A DNA stretch of 64,000 nucleotides from an uncultured Actinomycetota bacterium (GCA_963753435.1 CAVWCF010000001.1:1472001-1536000); one strand, 5' to 3'; counted from the first letter of the stretch, positions 1 through 11,120 are shown. The notes: generated by a model from the sequence alone, not told the origin. Numbers and translations: made by a program.

Positions 1-1201
1 CGGCTACCAAGTCGTTCATGGCCGGGCTGGTGCCGCCGTAGGGGGCCAATGGTTCGCGGGTCTCGCGGTTGCTCACCAGGTCCAGCGCCCAGAAGACGCC
101 TAGGCCGCGAACCTCGCCGATCACCGGGTGGCGCTCAGCCAACTCCGTCAGCCCGGGCCCAAGGACGTCGGCGCCGATTTGTGCGGCGTTCTCGATGATC
201 GCCTCCTCGCGCATCGCGTCGATGCTGGCGACCACCGACGCGCACGCCAGCGGGTGCCCGGAGTAGGTCAGGCCGCCGGGGAACACCCGGTCGTCAAAGG
301 TGGCGGCGATCGGATCGGAGATGACCACGCCGCCGATGGGCACGTAGCCGGAGTTGGACCCCTTGGCGAACGTGATCAGGTCCGGCGTGACGTCGAAGTG
401 CTCGAAGGCCCACCAGGCGCCGGTCCGGCCGAACCCGGCCATCACCTCGTCCAGGATCAGCACGATCCCGTGCTCGTCGCACAGTCGCCGGACCCCAGGC
501 AGGTAACCGGGTGGGGGTATCAGCACACCGGCGGTACCGACCACCGACTCGATGAGGATCGCTGCGATGGTGCCGGGACCTTCGAAGCGGATCACCTGCT
601 CAAGGTGCTCCAACGCCCGCTGGCTCTCTTGCTCCGCGGACTCCGCCCAGAACGCGGACCGGTACAGGTACGGACCGAAGAAATGCACGTGGCCGTCGGC
701 GTATTCGTTGGGCCACCGCCGTGGGTCCCCGGTGGCGACGATCGCCGCGCCGGTGTTGCCGTGGTAGCTGCGGTAGAACGACAGCACTTTGTCCCGGCCG
801 GTGTGCAGTCTGGCCATGCGGACGGCGTTCTCGTTGGCATCGGCGCCGCCGTTGGTGAAGAAGACCTTGTTCAGCCCTTGAGGTGCGAGATCAGTGATCC
901 GCTTTGCCGCTTCGCCGCGCACGTCGTTGGCGTGCTGCGGGGCGATTGTCGCCATCCGGGCCGCCTGCTCCTGGATGGCGGCGACCACCTTGGGGTGCTG
1001 ATGGCCGATGTTGGTGTTGACCAACTGGCTGGAGAAGTCCAGGAATCGGTTGCCGTCGTAGTCCCAGACGTAGCTGCCCGCACTGGCCGCAATCGGCAGT
1101 GGGTTCAGCGTCGCCTGCGCGCTCCAGGAATGGAAGACGTGCGCCCGGTCCAGATCAAAGACCTCGCGGCCGCGTTCGGGGTTGGGGGTGGGAGCCACCA
1201 T
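1..1201 (-). CDS. Class-III PLP aminotransferase (aspartate aminotransferase family), 3' end runs off the window
   Basis: Not in the ORF track because it has no stop in the window. Manual translation from ATG 1201: MVAPTPNPERGREVFDLDRAHVFHSWSAQ...YVWDYDGNRFLDFSSQLVNTNIGHQHP...FFTNGGADANENA...DEVMAGFGRTG...PDLITFAKG. AGGAG RBS upstream. Confidence 0.9.
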   Translation of the reverse strand, partial: MVAPTPNPERGREVFDLDRAHVFHSWSAQATLNPLPIAASAGSYVWDYDGNRFLDFSSQLVNTNIGHQHPKVVAAIQEQAARMATIAPQHANDVRGEAAKRITDLAPQGLNKVFFTNGGADANENAVRMARLHTGRDKVLSFYRSYHGNTGAAIVATGDPRRWPNEYADGHVHFFGPYLYRSAFWAESAEQESQRALEHLEQVIRFEGPGTIAAILIESVVGTAGVLIPPPGYLPGVRRLCDEHGIVLILDEVMAGFGRTGAWWAFEHFDVTPDLITFAKGSNSGYVPIGGVVISDPIAATFDDRVFPGGLTYSGHPLACASVVASIDAMREEAIIENAAQIGADVLGPGLTELAERHPVIGEVRGLGVFWALDLVSNRETREPLAPYGGTSPAMNDLVA

Positions 1202-1267
1202 CGCGCACTCCTGTCATCAACGGTGAATGGAGACTACGACCGCCGGGGCTTTGCCGGCAGCGTTGCG

Positions 1268-2551
1268 TCAGATCAGGTCGCGAAGGACGATCGTTGCGGC
1301 CCGGTCCTGGCCGACGCCGACGGCGCTGATGGGCGCGCCGGAGACGTCGTTGAGGAACTGCACATAGTCGCGGGCCGCGGTCGGCAGGTCGGACACCTCG
1401 CGGGCCCCACTGACGTCCTCGGTCCAGCCCGGCAGCCACTCGTAGACGGGCTTGGCGTGGTGGAAGTCCGTCTGGGTCATCGGGATCTCATCGACCCGCT
1501 CGCCGTCCACCTCGTACGCCACGCACACCGGGATGCGCTCGAAGCCGGTCAGCACGTCGAGTTTGGTGATGACCAGGTCGGTGACCCCGTTGATGCGCGA
1601 GGAGTGACGCACGACTGGGGCGTCGTACCAACCGCACCGCCGCGGCCGGCCTGTGGTCGTGCCGAACTCCCCGCCGATCCGGCGCAGTCGCTCCCCGTCG
1701 TCGTCATGCAGCTCGGTCGGGAAGGGGCCCTCGCCAACACGCGTGGCGTACGCCTTGGCCACGGCGATGACCTTGCCGATCGCCGTCGGGGGCAAGCCGG
1801 ATCCGGTGCAGGCGCCACCGGCGGTTGCGTTGGAGCTCGTGACGAACGGGTACGTCCCGTGGTCCACGTCCAGCAGTGCCGCCTGCCCGCCTTCCAGCAA
1901 CACGTTCTTGCCGTCGGCAACGGCCCGGTTCAGCAGCAGCGCGGTGTCGGCGACCATGGGTCGCAGCCGCTCGGCGAAGGCGAGCAGCTCCTCGACCACC
2001 TCGTCCTCGGTGATCGCCCGCTGGTTGTAGACCTTGACCAGAACCTGGTTCTTCAAGGCCAAGGCACCCGCGACCTTGGCGTGCAGGATCTTCTCGTCGA
2101 AGAGGTCCTGAACCCGGATGCCGACGCGGTTCATCTTGTCCGCGTAGGTGGGCCCGATGCCGCGGCCGGTGGTGCCGATGCGCCTGCTGCCGAGGAAGCG
2201 CTCGGTGACCTTGTCGAGGGTCCGGTTGTACGGCGGGATGATGTGGGCGTTGGCGCTGATGAGCAGCCGGGAGGTGTCAACGCCGCGCTCGTTCAAGAGG
2301 TCGATCTCGGCGAACAGCACGGATAGGTCGACCACCACGCCGTTGCCGATTACCGGGGTGACGGTCGGCGTGAGGATGCCGGTCGGCAGTAGGTGCAGCG
2401 CGTATTTCTCGCCGTCGATGACGACCGTGTGTCCGGCGTTGTTGCCGCCGTTGAACCGGACTACGTAGTCGACGTGGGCGCCGAGGGCGTCGGTGGCCTT
2501 GCCCTTGCCTTCGTCGCCCCATTGGGCTCCGACCAGGACGATCGCGGGCAT
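1268..2551 (-). CDS. purA: Adenylosuccinate synthetase
   Basis: [31 protein letters not shown] motifs. Confidence 0.98.
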   Translation of the reverse strand: MPAIVLVGAQWGDEGKGKATDALGAHVDYVVRFNGGNNAGHTVVIDGEKYALHLLPTGILTPTVTPVIGNGVVVDLSVLFAEIDLLNERGVDTSRLLISANAHIIPPYNRTLDKVTERFLGSRRIGTTGRGIGPTYADKMNRVGIRVQDLFDEKILHAKVAGALALKNQVLVKVYNQRAITEDEVVEELLAFAERLRPMVADTALLLNRAVADGKNVLLEGGQAALLDVDHGTYPFVTSSNATAGGACTGSGLPPTAIGKVIAVAKAYATRVGEGPFPTELHDDDGERLRRIGGEFGTTTGRPRRCGWYDAPVVRHSSRINGVTDLVITKLDVLTGFERIPVCVAYEVDGERVDEIPMTQTDFHHAKPVYEWLPGWTEDVSGAREVSDLPTAARDYVQFLNDVSGAPISAVGVGQDRAATIVLRDLI

Positions 2552-2606
2552 TCACGCTCCAGTGATTGGGACTGGCGGAGGCTACCGGGTGTCCGGCGGT
2601 CGCCGG

Positions 2607-3584
2607 TCAGGTGAACAGGCGAACCAGTGCGCGGCCCAGAGCACGACCGGACAGGTACGCCGCTTCGATGCGGCCGCCGCCGTGCCAACCGTCCCCGGCC
2701 AGACCGATTCGGTCAGTGGCCAGGTGGAACGGTTCAGTCGAGACGTCGATGGGCTTGGCGAGGGACCAACGCTTGATGTGTACCTGGGTCGGCTGCAGTT
2801 GCGGCGGGATGCCCAGAACCGCCGCCTGCTCGGCCAGCATCGCGGGGATGGCGCGCTCGGGGTCGTTCAGGTGGGCGGCGGCCAGGACCGGATGGGCGTG
2901 GGCCACCAGAACCGCGGCGTCGTCGCCGCGGCGCCGGCCGTCGTCCGCGATGAAGGTCAGCAGGGCGGAGTCGTTGACGAAGGCCCCGTCCAGCGTCGGC
3001 CAGGCTCGTTCGGGCCATTCCGAGATCAGCGCCAGCGTTGGTTCCCACCGGTGCCCGACGGCTGCTGCCGCGGGACTGTCCGCGGGCAGCAGGTCCACCG
3101 CCTGTGGTCCCGGCATGGCCAACGCCACTGCCGCGGCAGGTTGACCGTCGATCTGCCAATGCTCGCCGTCGCGAGCGATCTGCTCCACCTCGGTTGGGTG
3201 CTCTGTCGCCAGGCCCGCCGCCAGGTCTTCCACCAGCGAACGCAGGCCCTGTCCCGCGGCGTAACGCATCGGTCCGACTTTGGGTCCGCTGATCCCATCC
3301 GGGGTGGCGACGGCGAAGGTGTCGGTCCACTCCCGCGCCAGACCGCGCTCCAGCCAGTCCGTGGTCACTGCTCGGAAGGCGTCAGTGCGAGCCGTGAAGT
3401 AGCTGGCGCCAACGTCCACAGCGCGGTCACGTCCGTCCTGGTCAGGCAGCGTCCGCACCGCCATGCGCCCGCCCAGCCGGTGCCCGCGATCCAGCAGCCG
3501 ATAGTCCAGATCGGCTTCGGCCAACTCGCCGGCACAGGCGACGCCGGCGATGCCCGCGCCGATCACCACAATCGGATCAGGCAA
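2607..3584 (-). CDS. Renalase-like NAD/FAD-dependent oxidoreductase
   Basis: VVIGAGIAG Rossmann motif, GGRMA, DVGASYFT, GLAGD...GRIEAAYLSG. Start placed at TTG 3584, overlapping the upstream stop. Confidence 0.85.
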   Translation of the reverse strand: MPDPIVVIGAGIAGVACAGELAEADLDYRLLDRGHRLGGRMAVRTLPDQDGRDRAVDVGASYFTARTDAFRAVTTDWLERGLAREWTDTFAVATPDGISGPKVGPMRYAAGQGLRSLVEDLAAGLATEHPTEVEQIARDGEHWQIDGQPAAAVALAMPGPQAVDLLPADSPAAAAVGHRWEPTLALISEWPERAWPTLDGAFVNDSALLTFIADDGRRRGDDAAVLVAHAHPVLAAAHLNDPERAIPAMLAEQAAVLGIPPQLQPTQVHIKRWSLAKPIDVSTEPFHLATDRIGLAGDGWHGGGRIEAAYLSGRALGRALVRLFT

Positions 3585-4227
3585 TTGCTTCGCCCTTTCG
3601 CCCCGGATCCACGTCGGCATGCTGGCGGATCCAACTGTGCATTGCGATCGCGGCCGCTGCCCCGGCGTTGATTGAACGCGTCGAGCCGAACTGCGCGATG
3701 GAGAGCACTGAGGTCACTGAGTCGCGCATCTGCTGCGACAGCCCGGGGCCCTCTTGCCCGAAGACGAGCACGCACGCTGCCGGCAGTTGCGCGGTCTCCA
3801 GCGGGATCGAACCGGGCAAGTTGTCCACCCCCAACAGGGGGAGTTGTTGGTCGGCTGCCCACGCAACGAACTGCGCAACGGTTTCGTGATGGTGCACGTG
3901 CTGGTACTTGTCGGTGACCATCGCCCCGCGGCGGTTCCACCGTCGTCGGCCCACGACGTGCACCGCGCTGGCGGCGAACGCGTTGGCGGTGCGCACCACC
4001 GATCCGATGTTGAGGTCGTGCTGGAAGTTCTCAATCGCCACATGGAACGGGTGCCGGCGCTGATCCAGGTCCGCGACGATCGCCGCCCGCGACCAGTATC
4101 GGTACCTGTCGACGACGTTTCGGCGATCCCCGTCGCGTAGCAACTCCGGGTCGAAGCGGGGGTCATCCGGCCAGTCGCCGGCCCACGGGCCGACGCCTAC
4201 CTCGGGCTCCTCGTCGGTTGTGGTCAT
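3577..4227 (-). CDS. TrmH/SpoU family RNA methyltransferase
   Basis: NIGSVVRTANAF, FGQEGPGLS, IAQFGSTRSINAG SPOUT motifs. Confidence 0.92.
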   Translation of the reverse strand: MTTTDEEPEVGVGPWAGDWPDDPRFDPELLRDGDRRNVVDRYRYWSRAAIVADLDQRRHPFHVAIENFQHDLNIGSVVRTANAFAASAVHVVGRRRWNRRGAMVTDKYQHVHHHETVAQFVAWAADQQLPLLGVDNLPGSIPLETAQLPAACVLVFGQEGPGLSQQMRDSVTSVLSIAQFGSTRSINAGAAAAIAMHSWIRQHADVDPGRKGEAIA

Positions 4228-4241
4228 TGGGCTGACGGTAC

Positions 4242-5180
4242 TTGCGCGCCTACGCTGCCGCCGTGGCTCGCGCGCTTATCGACATTGTCCGCGGCGCGCT
4301 CATCGGCATCGCCGAGGTCGTTCCGGGATTGAGCGGCGGCACGATCGCGCTGATCATCGGCCTGTACCGGACGCTGATCGAGTCCATCGCCGATGGGGTC
4401 GCGGCCGGCTTGCGGCTGATTCGCGGCGATGTGGCCGGGGCCAAGGACTTGCTGTCGCACATCCGGTGGCGGGTGCTGATTCCGGTCCTTGCCGGGATGG
4501 CGGTGGCGTTGGTCGCCGGTGCCGCGCTCCTGGAGCCGCTCATCGAGGACTACCCCGTGCAGAGTCGAGCGCTGTTCTTCGGCCTGGTTGCCATGGGTCT
4601 GGTGGTGCCGATTCGCATGACGGGACGCTGGCGGCGGGTCGATGTCGTGGTGGTGGTGGTAGCCGCCGCCGCGGCCGCTGTTCTTGTGGGTCTGCCACCG
4701 GGGACCGTGGCGGACCCCGGACCGCTGCAGATATTCGGAGCCGCTGCGGTCGCCGTTTGCGCGCTGGTTCTGCCCGGCGTTTCCGGATCGTTCCTGCTGG
4801 TTGACCTCGGCATGTACGAACCGACGATCGCGGCCGTGAACGATCGCGATCTCGGGTACCTGGCGATCTTCGCTGCCGGGATGGCCTTCGGATTGGCCGC
4901 CTTCGTCACTCTGCTTCGCTGGTTGCTGGAGAACCGTCGCCACATCACCCTGGTCGTGCTGACGGGGGTGATGGCCGGGTCGCTGCGAGCCCTCTGGCCT
5001 TGGCAGACCGATGACCGCGAGTTGTTGGCTCCCGACGGGGACGTCGTGTCAGTACTCGGCTTCGCCGTCCTCGGCGCCGTGATTGTTCTAGGTCTGCTGG
5101 CCGCCGAGTCGCGCTTGGCCCGACTCCTGGACGACCCGGCGCTGGTCCCGGCCGCGGATCCGGACGAGCGCAACCTGTGA
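4242..5180 (+). CDS. DUF368 family membrane protein
   Basis: IAEVVPGLSGGTIALIIGLY and CALVLPGVSGSFLL repeats, multiple TM segments. Start uncertain. Confidence 0.88.
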   Translation: MRAYAAAVARALIDIVRGALIGIAEVVPGLSGGTIALIIGLYRTLIESIADGVAAGLRLIRGDVAGAKDLLSHIRWRVLIPVLAGMAVALVAGAALLEPLIEDYPVQSRALFFGLVAMGLVVPIRMTGRWRRVDVVVVVVAAAAAAVLVGLPPGTVADPGPLQIFGAAAVAVCALVLPGVSGSFLLVDLGMYEPTIAAVNDRDLGYLAIFAAGMAFGLAAFVTLLRWLLENRRHITLVVLTGVMAGSLRALWPWQTDDRELLAPDGDVVSVLGFAVLGAVIVLGLLAAESRLARLLDDPALVPAADPDERNL

Positions 5181-5267
5181 CAGTTGCCTGCGCCCGGTCC
5201 TCGGTGCGTGGGCGGCGCTAGGGTGAGTTCGACCTGATTGCGCCTGTTGGCTCGAGGGGGAGTCCCG

Positions 5268-6029
5268 TTGCCTGCCAGCGACCTGCCCGCTCCGCCACCC
5301 CTGGATCAGGTGGACCATGCGGCCTTGTTCCTGGACGTGGACGGGACGTTGCTGGAGTTCGCCGACCACCCGGACCTGGTGCAGGCCCCCGAGGGACTTG
5401 TCAGTGACCTGCAGGCGCTGGAGCAGAAACTCGGCGGTGCCCTGGCCGTCCTGTCCGGGCGAACTCTCCGCGACCTGGACCGCATCCTGGGCGGCTACCG
5501 ACCAGCGGCGGCGGGCGTGCACGGAGCGCAACTGCGCACCGGCGCCGGTGATCGAGTCATGCAGGTTGACGCCGACTCCCTTACCGCGCTGGCCGACGCC
5601 GCCGAAGCCCGGCTAGGCGATGACCCCAAGGTGCTGATCGAGCGCAAACCCGTCGCCGTGGCGGTGCACTTTCGCCACGCGCCGGAGCGCGGCGCGGAGA
5701 TCCGCCGACTGCTCGTCGACCTCGCTCTTGAGCATGTCGGGGCCTTCGACGTGCGGCCGGGGGTGCTGGTGGAGGAGGTCCGGCCCGCCGGCGCCGACAA
5801 GGGCCAGGCCATGGCGACCCTGCTAGCGGAGGATCCCTTCCGCGGGCGCACGCCGCTGGTCGTCGGCGACGACTTGACCGACGAGGACGCATTCGCCGAA
5901 GCCATCAGCCGCGGCGGGCTCGCGGTGCTGGTCGGCGACCGCTGGCCCTCGGCCGCGACCCACCGACTCGCCACGCCGGTGCAGGTCCGCAACTGGTTGG
6001 CGCGCGCAGCTGCCGGGGTGAGCCCGTGA
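5268..6029 (+). CDS. otsB: Trehalose-6-phosphate phosphatase
   Basis: HAD motifs FLDVDGTL, SGR, DKG, GDDLTDEDAF. TTG 5268 follows a purine-rich RBS (alternative start 5238). Confidence 0.92.
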   Translation: MPASDLPAPPPLDQVDHAALFLDVDGTLLEFADHPDLVQAPEGLVSDLQALEQKLGGALAVLSGRTLRDLDRILGGYRPAAAGVHGAQLRTGAGDRVMQVDADSLTALADAAEARLGDDPKVLIERKPVAVAVHFRHAPERGAEIRRLLVDLALEHVGAFDVRPGVLVEEVRPAGADKGQAMATLLAEDPFRGRTPLVVGDDLTDEDAFAEAISRGGLAVLVGDRWPSAATHRLATPVQVRNWLARAAAGVSP

Positions 6030-7819
6030 CCAGGTTGGACAAGCCGACCAGCCTGGATCTGGGCGTGATCGGCAACTGCAGCGTGAGCGCGCTGATCGAC
6101 CAGTACGGCGGCTACGTGTGGTCGTGTCTGCCTCATTTCGCCGGCGATCCGGCGTTCTGCCAGTTGTTGGAGCCGGTTGACCGCGAGATCGGCTTCATGG
6201 ACGTGGAGTTGGACGGCTTCGTCCGATCCGAGCAGTCCTACATCCCCAACACCCCGGTGCTGGTGACCGTGCTGGAGGACAACCGCGGCGGCGCCATCGA
6301 GATCACCGACTTCAGCCCGCGATTCCGCGCCAACGACCGCCTGTACCACCCGCTCATGTTCATCCGCATCGTCCGACCACTGCGCGGCTTGCCGCGGATG
6401 CGCTTCCGGGTGCGTCCGGCCACCGGCTGGGGTAGCGCCCGCGCGGCGACAACCGCCGGCAGCAACCACATCCGCTTCCTGCTGTCGGACATGGTTATGC
6501 GGCTGACCACCAATGTGATGATCCCGACGGTGGAGCGGGAGCTTCCTTGGGTGCTGGAAGGGCCGGTCGCCATGGTCCTGGGACCGGACGAAACGTTGAC
6601 CACCTCCGTGGACCGCTTCGCCACCGACGCCTTGGATCGGACCGTCGACCATTGGCGGCGCTGGTCGCGATCGTTGAACGTGCCACTGGACTGGCAGGAG
6701 GCGGTCATCCGCGCGGCGATCACGTTGAAGTTGTCGCAGTACGAAGGCACCGGCGCGATCGTCGCGGCGATGACGACGTCGATCCCCGAGGCGGCGAACA
6801 CCGAGCGGAACTGGGACTACCGCTACTGCTGGCTGCGTGACGCGGCCTACGTCGTGCGCGCGCTGAACGGCCTGGGCACGACGCAGAGCATGGAGGAGTA
6901 CCTGCGGTACGTGTACACGATCGCCTCGGGGGCGCCGGATCTGCAGCCGGTCTATGGCATCCACTACGAAGCGGCACTGCTGGAGCGGGAGGAAGCCAAC
7001 CTGCAGGGGTACCAGGGGATGGGCCCGGTGCGTGTGGGCAACGACGCCTGGCGACAGCGGCAGCACGACACCTACGGATCGGTCGTGCTCGCCTCAACCC
7101 ACCTGTTCTTCGACCAACGGCTCAGTACACCCGGCGATGAGGCGGCTTTTTCGCGACTGGAGATCATCGGGGAGAAGGCCGCCAGCCTGTACGACCAGCC
7201 CGACGCCGGTCTTTGGGAGTACCGCGGCCGCGAGGCGGTGCATACCTACTCCTCGGTCATGTGCTGGGCTGCCTGCGATCGGTTGGCGCGCATCGCCGCG
7301 CATCTGGACCTGACTGATCGTGCGGCCATGTGGCGCAACCGCGCGGATGCGATGCGTAAGCGGATCATCGCGGAGTCATACGACGAGAAGCGGCAGACGT
7401 TCGTGGCCACCTGGGGTGGCGACACCATGGACGCGGCCCTGCTCACCTTGCACACACTGGGGTTCGTGGCCGCCGACGACCCGCGATTCGTCGGCACCGT
7501 CGCAGCCGTTGAGCAGGACCTGCTGCACGGCGATCACGTCTTCCGGTACGTCGAGCCCGACGATTTCGGTCAGCCGGAGACGGCGTTCCTGCTCTGCACG
7601 TTCTGGTACATCGATGCGCTAGCCGCGCTGGGCCGCCTGGACGAGGCCCGGCAGTTGTTCGTCGACGTGCTGAACCGGCGGAACAGCCTGGGTCTGCTCA
7701 GCGAGGACATCGACGTGACAAGTCGCGCGCTATGGGGCAACTTCCCGCAGACGTACTCGATGGTGGGCATCATCGAGAGCGCGCGACGGCTGTCGCGCCC
7801 ATGGGAGGTCGCGTCGTGA
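6026..7819 (+). CDS. Glycoside hydrolase family 15 (trehalase/glucoamylase-like)
   Basis: GAIVAAMTTSIPE, NWDYRYCWLRDA, GLWEYRG, LGLLSED, GNFPQTYS. Confidence 0.92.
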   Translation: MTRLDKPTSLDLGVIGNCSVSALIDQYGGYVWSCLPHFAGDPAFCQLLEPVDREIGFMDVELDGFVRSEQSYIPNTPVLVTVLEDNRGGAIEITDFSPRFRANDRLYHPLMFIRIVRPLRGLPRMRFRVRPATGWGSARAATTAGSNHIRFLLSDMVMRLTTNVMIPTVERELPWVLEGPVAMVLGPDETLTTSVDRFATDALDRTVDHWRRWSRSLNVPLDWQEAVIRAAITLKLSQYEGTGAIVAAMTTSIPEAANTERNWDYRYCWLRDAAYVVRALNGLGTTQSMEEYLRYVYTIASGAPDLQPVYGIHYEAALLEREEANLQGYQGMGPVRVGNDAWRQRQHDTYGSVVLASTHLFFDQRLSTPGDEAAFSRLEIIGEKAASLYDQPDAGLWEYRGREAVHTYSSVMCWAACDRLARIAAHLDLTDRAAMWRNRADAMRKRIIAESYDEKRQTFVATWGGDTMDAALLTLHTLGFVAADDPRFVGTVAAVEQDLLHGDHVFRYVEPDDFGQPETAFLLCTFWYIDALAALGRLDEARQLFVDVLNRRNSLGLLSEDIDVTSRALWGNFPQTYSMVGIIESARRLSRPWEVAS

Positions 7820-9228
7820 GCCGCTTGGTCGTCGTTTCCAACCGGGTTGCCACGCCCAAGGCAGCTCAGGCCGGTGGTCTGGCTTCGGCCATGTTGGCGG
7901 CGTTGTCCGAGGTCGGTGGCTTGTGGTTCGGCTGGAGTGGCCGGGCGGTTGCCGGCGAACCCGGCCCGCCGCAGGAGGAGTCGGACGGTCCGATCACGTT
8001 CCTGACCACGGACTTGTCCAAGGCTGACTACGAGGACTACTACAACGGCTTCGCCAACCGGTCGCTGTGGCCGCTGCTGCACTTCCGGCCGGACCTCGTT
8101 GACTACAGCAAGCAGAACTACCAGGGCTATCAGCGAGTCAACCGTCACTTCGCGCGGACCTTGGCCCCGCATCTGCGTGACGGCGACACCATCTGGGTTC
8201 AGGACTTCCACCTGATTCCGCTGGCGGGATTGCTGCGCGAGATGGGCGTGTCCGGCCGCATGGGGTTCTTCCTGCACACGCCGCTGCCGCCGCCGGACAT
8301 CATGCGGGTTCTGCCCGGCCACCGGGCGTTGATGGACGCCCTGACCGAGTACGACCTGGTGGGGTTGCACACCAACGCCTACGTGCGCGCCTTCGTCAAC
8401 TACCAGCGGGACCTCGCCGGCGGCCAGAAGTTGCCGGACGGATGGATGCGAACCGGCTCCGGTCGGTTGATGCGGGTGCTGGCGTTGCCGATCTCGGTGG
8501 ATCCGAACGCGATCGCGGCGTCAGCTGCGCGCGCGGTCAGCAACCCGTCGGTGAAGCGTCTACGTGCGGGCCTGACCGCGGAGGACCGCATCCGGCTCGC
8601 CGTCGGCGTCGACCGGCTCGACTACAGCAAGGGGCTGCCGGAACGGTTTGAGGCCTTCGGCCGCTTCCTCGATCATTCGCCGCAGCATCGGGGGCGGGTC
8701 AGCCTGTTGCAGATCGCACCGACGTCGCGGGAGGACGTGCCCGCCTACATCGAGTTGCGTGGTCAACTGGAGCAGCAGGCGGGCGCCGTCAACGGTCGGT
8801 ACTCCGACCCGAGTTGGACGCCGATCCGGTACGTCAACCGGACCTATCCCCAGAGCACCCTCTTCGGCTTCTACCGGTCTGCGTGCATGGGGTTGGTGAC
8901 GCCGCTTCGGGACGGCATGAACCTCGTCGCCAAGGAGTTCGTGGCCGCGCAGGATCCCGAAGACCCGGGCGTCCTGGTGCTCTCCACGTTCGCCGGCGCC
9001 GCTGACGAGATGGACGAGGCGGTCTTCATCAACCCCTACGACATCGACGGCATGGGCGAGGCCATGGCGCGCGCGTTGGACATGGATCTGCCGGAACGGC
9101 GGCGGCGCTGGTCGGCGCTAATGGCGCGGTTGAAGCGCTGGGACATCACCGCGTGGCGGCGCGCTTTCCTGAACGCGCTGGAGGAACCCCCGTCTCCGGA
9201 GGTGCTGCGCTCAACCGGCGTTATGTGA
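7816..9228 (+). CDS. otsA: Trehalose-6-phosphate synthase
   Basis: [42 protein letters not shown] 7816 overlaps the GH15 stop (GTGA). Confidence 0.95.
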   Translation: MSRLVVVSNRVATPKAAQAGGLASAMLAALSEVGGLWFGWSGRAVAGEPGPPQEESDGPITFLTTDLSKADYEDYYNGFANRSLWPLLHFRPDLVDYSKQNYQGYQRVNRHFARTLAPHLRDGDTIWVQDFHLIPLAGLLREMGVSGRMGFFLHTPLPPPDIMRVLPGHRALMDALTEYDLVGLHTNAYVRAFVNYQRDLAGGQKLPDGWMRTGSGRLMRVLALPISVDPNAIAASAARAVSNPSVKRLRAGLTAEDRIRLAVGVDRLDYSKGLPERFEAFGRFLDHSPQHRGRVSLLQIAPTSREDVPAYIELRGQLEQQAGAVNGRYSDPSWTPIRYVNRTYPQSTLFGFYRSACMGLVTPLRDGMNLVAKEFVAAQDPEDPGVLVLSTFAGAADEMDEAVFINPYDIDGMGEAMARALDMDLPERRRRWSALMARLKRWDITAWRRAFLNALEEPPSPEVLRSTGVM

Positions 9229-9256
9229 TCTCGCGGGACTTCTCCAGTACGAGAGG

Positions 9257-9817
9257 TCAGAACGAGACGGACGGCACCTTTCGGACTTCCGGGTCGGCGG
9301 CGGTGAAGTAGCCGGCGCGCTTGAAGCCGAAGAACGAAGCGACCAGCGAGGACGGGAACGACTCGACGCGCGTGTTCAGTGACCGCACGTTGCCGTTGTA
9401 CAGGCGCCGAGATGCGGCGATGCGGTCCTCGGTGTCAGCCAACTCCGTCTGCAGCTGGGCGAAACGACCGTCGGCGCGCAGTTGCGGGTAGTTCTCACTG
9501 ACGGCGAACAGCCTGGACAGCGCGCGGCCCAGGATGTCCTCCTGGCCTGCTTGGGCCTCGGGGCTGGATCCGGCGGCCGCAGCAGTCCCGCGCGCCTGGG
9601 TCACTTCGTCCAAGACGGATCGCTCGTGCCCGGCGTAGCCCCGGACTGTCTCGACCAGGTTGGGGATCAGGTCATGTCGGCGGTGCAGTTCGACGTCCAC
9701 CTGGCGCCAGGACTCCTGGACAGCGTTGCGCTGCCGGACGAACCGGTTGTACGACAGGATCGTCGCCAGCACCAGGATTCCGGCACCGATGAGCAGGACC
9801 CACATGGTGGGACTCAT
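9257..9817 (-). CDS. lemA: LemA family protein
   Basis: N-terminal TM, RRHDLIPNLVETV, ENYPQLRA, EDRIAASRRLYN. Confidence 0.92.
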   Translation of the reverse strand: MSPTMWVLLIGAGILVLATILSYNRFVRQRNAVQESWRQVDVELHRRHDLIPNLVETVRGYAGHERSVLDEVTQARGTAAAAGSSPEAQAGQEDILGRALSRLFAVSENYPQLRADGRFAQLQTELADTEDRIAASRRLYNGNVRSLNTRVESFPSSLVASFFGFKRAGYFTAADPEVRKVPSVSF

Positions 9818-10515
9818 GGCCTTCCGCCTTCCGTTGCGATCTGAACAGTCGGGTCGGCGCCGCGTTCGCGCCAGATGTAGTCGGGAACGCCGCCGGCGAC
9901 TGCATGCATTGCCACCAACCTCGTCATGACCTGCTGGGGGCCGAGGGTGCCGCGGGCGACGCTGACGAGATCGCTGGCCTCGGTGCTCAAATGCACTGCC
10001 GGCAGCTTGGTCAGCCGATCAATCGTTCGAGGCGTGAGCACCTTGTAGGCCCACGCCCGGTCGTTGGCGTGCACCACGTAGCGCCGGTTGAAGTCGTGGC
10101 TCTCCACGGTGATGTCACGGTCGGTGACTCGACCGAACCAACCCGACAAGGGGTTCTGCGGTGTCAGTTCGACCCGCGGCAGCGGTGCGGGCAGTTGGAG
10201 GGCGAGCACTGTGTACCACGTGGTCCGTCGCGACTTGTCGTCCCGGTCGATGACCTGCAGGTCGCAGCAGATGGCCGGAAAGCCCCGGTAGTGCCCGCGC
10301 GCGACTGTCCGGAAGCGGCGCTCGTCGCCGGCCGCGAAGACACCGCGAAACCACCGGTGCGCCAGCGACGGGTCCTCAGCCAGGATCTGCCACCCCTGCC
10401 CGACGAGCATCGCCGCTCGGCGGTCGCGACTGGCCTGGGCCTTTCGCCACGAGTGGTACGCGAAAGCGGCCGCCGTCAGGGCGACCACCACCGCGAGGAC
10501 GGTCACTGGGTCCAC
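9814..10515 (-). CDS. Membrane-anchored hypothetical protein (DUF3137-like), coupled to lemA
   Basis: N-terminal TM, DITVESHDFNRRYVV motif, ATGA overlap with lemA. Confidence 0.65.
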   Translation of the reverse strand: MDPVTVLAVVVALTAAAFAYHSWRKAQASRDRRAAMLVGQGWQILAEDPSLAHRWFRGVFAAGDERRFRTVARGHYRGFPAICCDLQVIDRDDKSRRTTWYTVLALQLPAPLPRVELTPQNPLSGWFGRVTDRDITVESHDFNRRYVVHANDRAWAYKVLTPRTIDRLTKLPAVHLSTEASDLVSVARGTLGPQQVMTRLVAMHAVAGGVPDYIWRERGADPTVQIATEGGRP

Positions 10516-10583
10516 GGCTACCTGATCGGCACGGACCGACCCCGACTAGAGCGGTTGGACCACCCAGATGTGCGGCCGTGGGG

Positions 10584-11120
10584 TCAGTCGAGCCCGAGGT
10601 CCGCCAGCGAGTAGACCGCCAGGTAGTCCAGCCCCGCCGCCTCGACCGCCGGCCCGGCCCCACGGTCCACGATCACGGCCACGCCCACGACGTCCGCGCC
10701 GGCCTCGGTCAGTGCGTCCACGGCGGTCAGCACCGAGCCGCCGGTCGTCGACGTGTCCTCCACCGCCAGCACCCGCCGGCCGGCGACGTCGGGGCCCTCG
10801 ATTCGACGCTGCAGGCCGTGCGCCTTGCCTTCCTTGCGCACCACGAAGGCATCCAAGCGTCCACCGCGGGCAGCAGCCGCGTGCAGCATCGCGGTGGCAA
10901 CCGGGTCGGCGCCTAGCGTCAGCCCACCAACGGCGTCGTAGTTCAGGTGCGCGGTGGCGTCCAGCATGGCCGCGCCCACAAGCGGAGCAGCCTCCCCATC
11001 AAGAGTCACTCGCCGCAGATCCACGTAGTAGTCGGCTTCGCGTCCACTCGACAGCACCACCCGGCCATGGACGACGGCGCGGTCGGAGATCAGCGGCAGC
11101 AGGTCATCGCGTGCAGTCAC
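10584..11120 (-). CDS. pyrE: Orotate phosphoribosyltransferase
   Basis: LSSGREADYYVDLR, VRKEGKAHG, VEDTSTTGGS. Start GTG 11120. Confidence 0.95.
   Translation of the reverse strand: MTARDDLLPLISDRAVVHGRVVLSSGREADYYVDLRRVTLDGEAAPLVGAAMLDATAHLNYDAVGGLTLGADPVATAMLHAAAARGGRLDAFVVRKEGKAHGLQRRIEGPDVAGRRVLAVEDTSTTGGSVLTAVDALTEAGADVVGVAVIVDRGAGPAVEAAGLDYLAVYSLADLGLD

Noticed and set aside
128-2326. 732-aa plus-strand ORF
   Set aside because: Antisense shadow of the aminotransferase and purA; high-GC codon bias removes stops; no recognisable motifs
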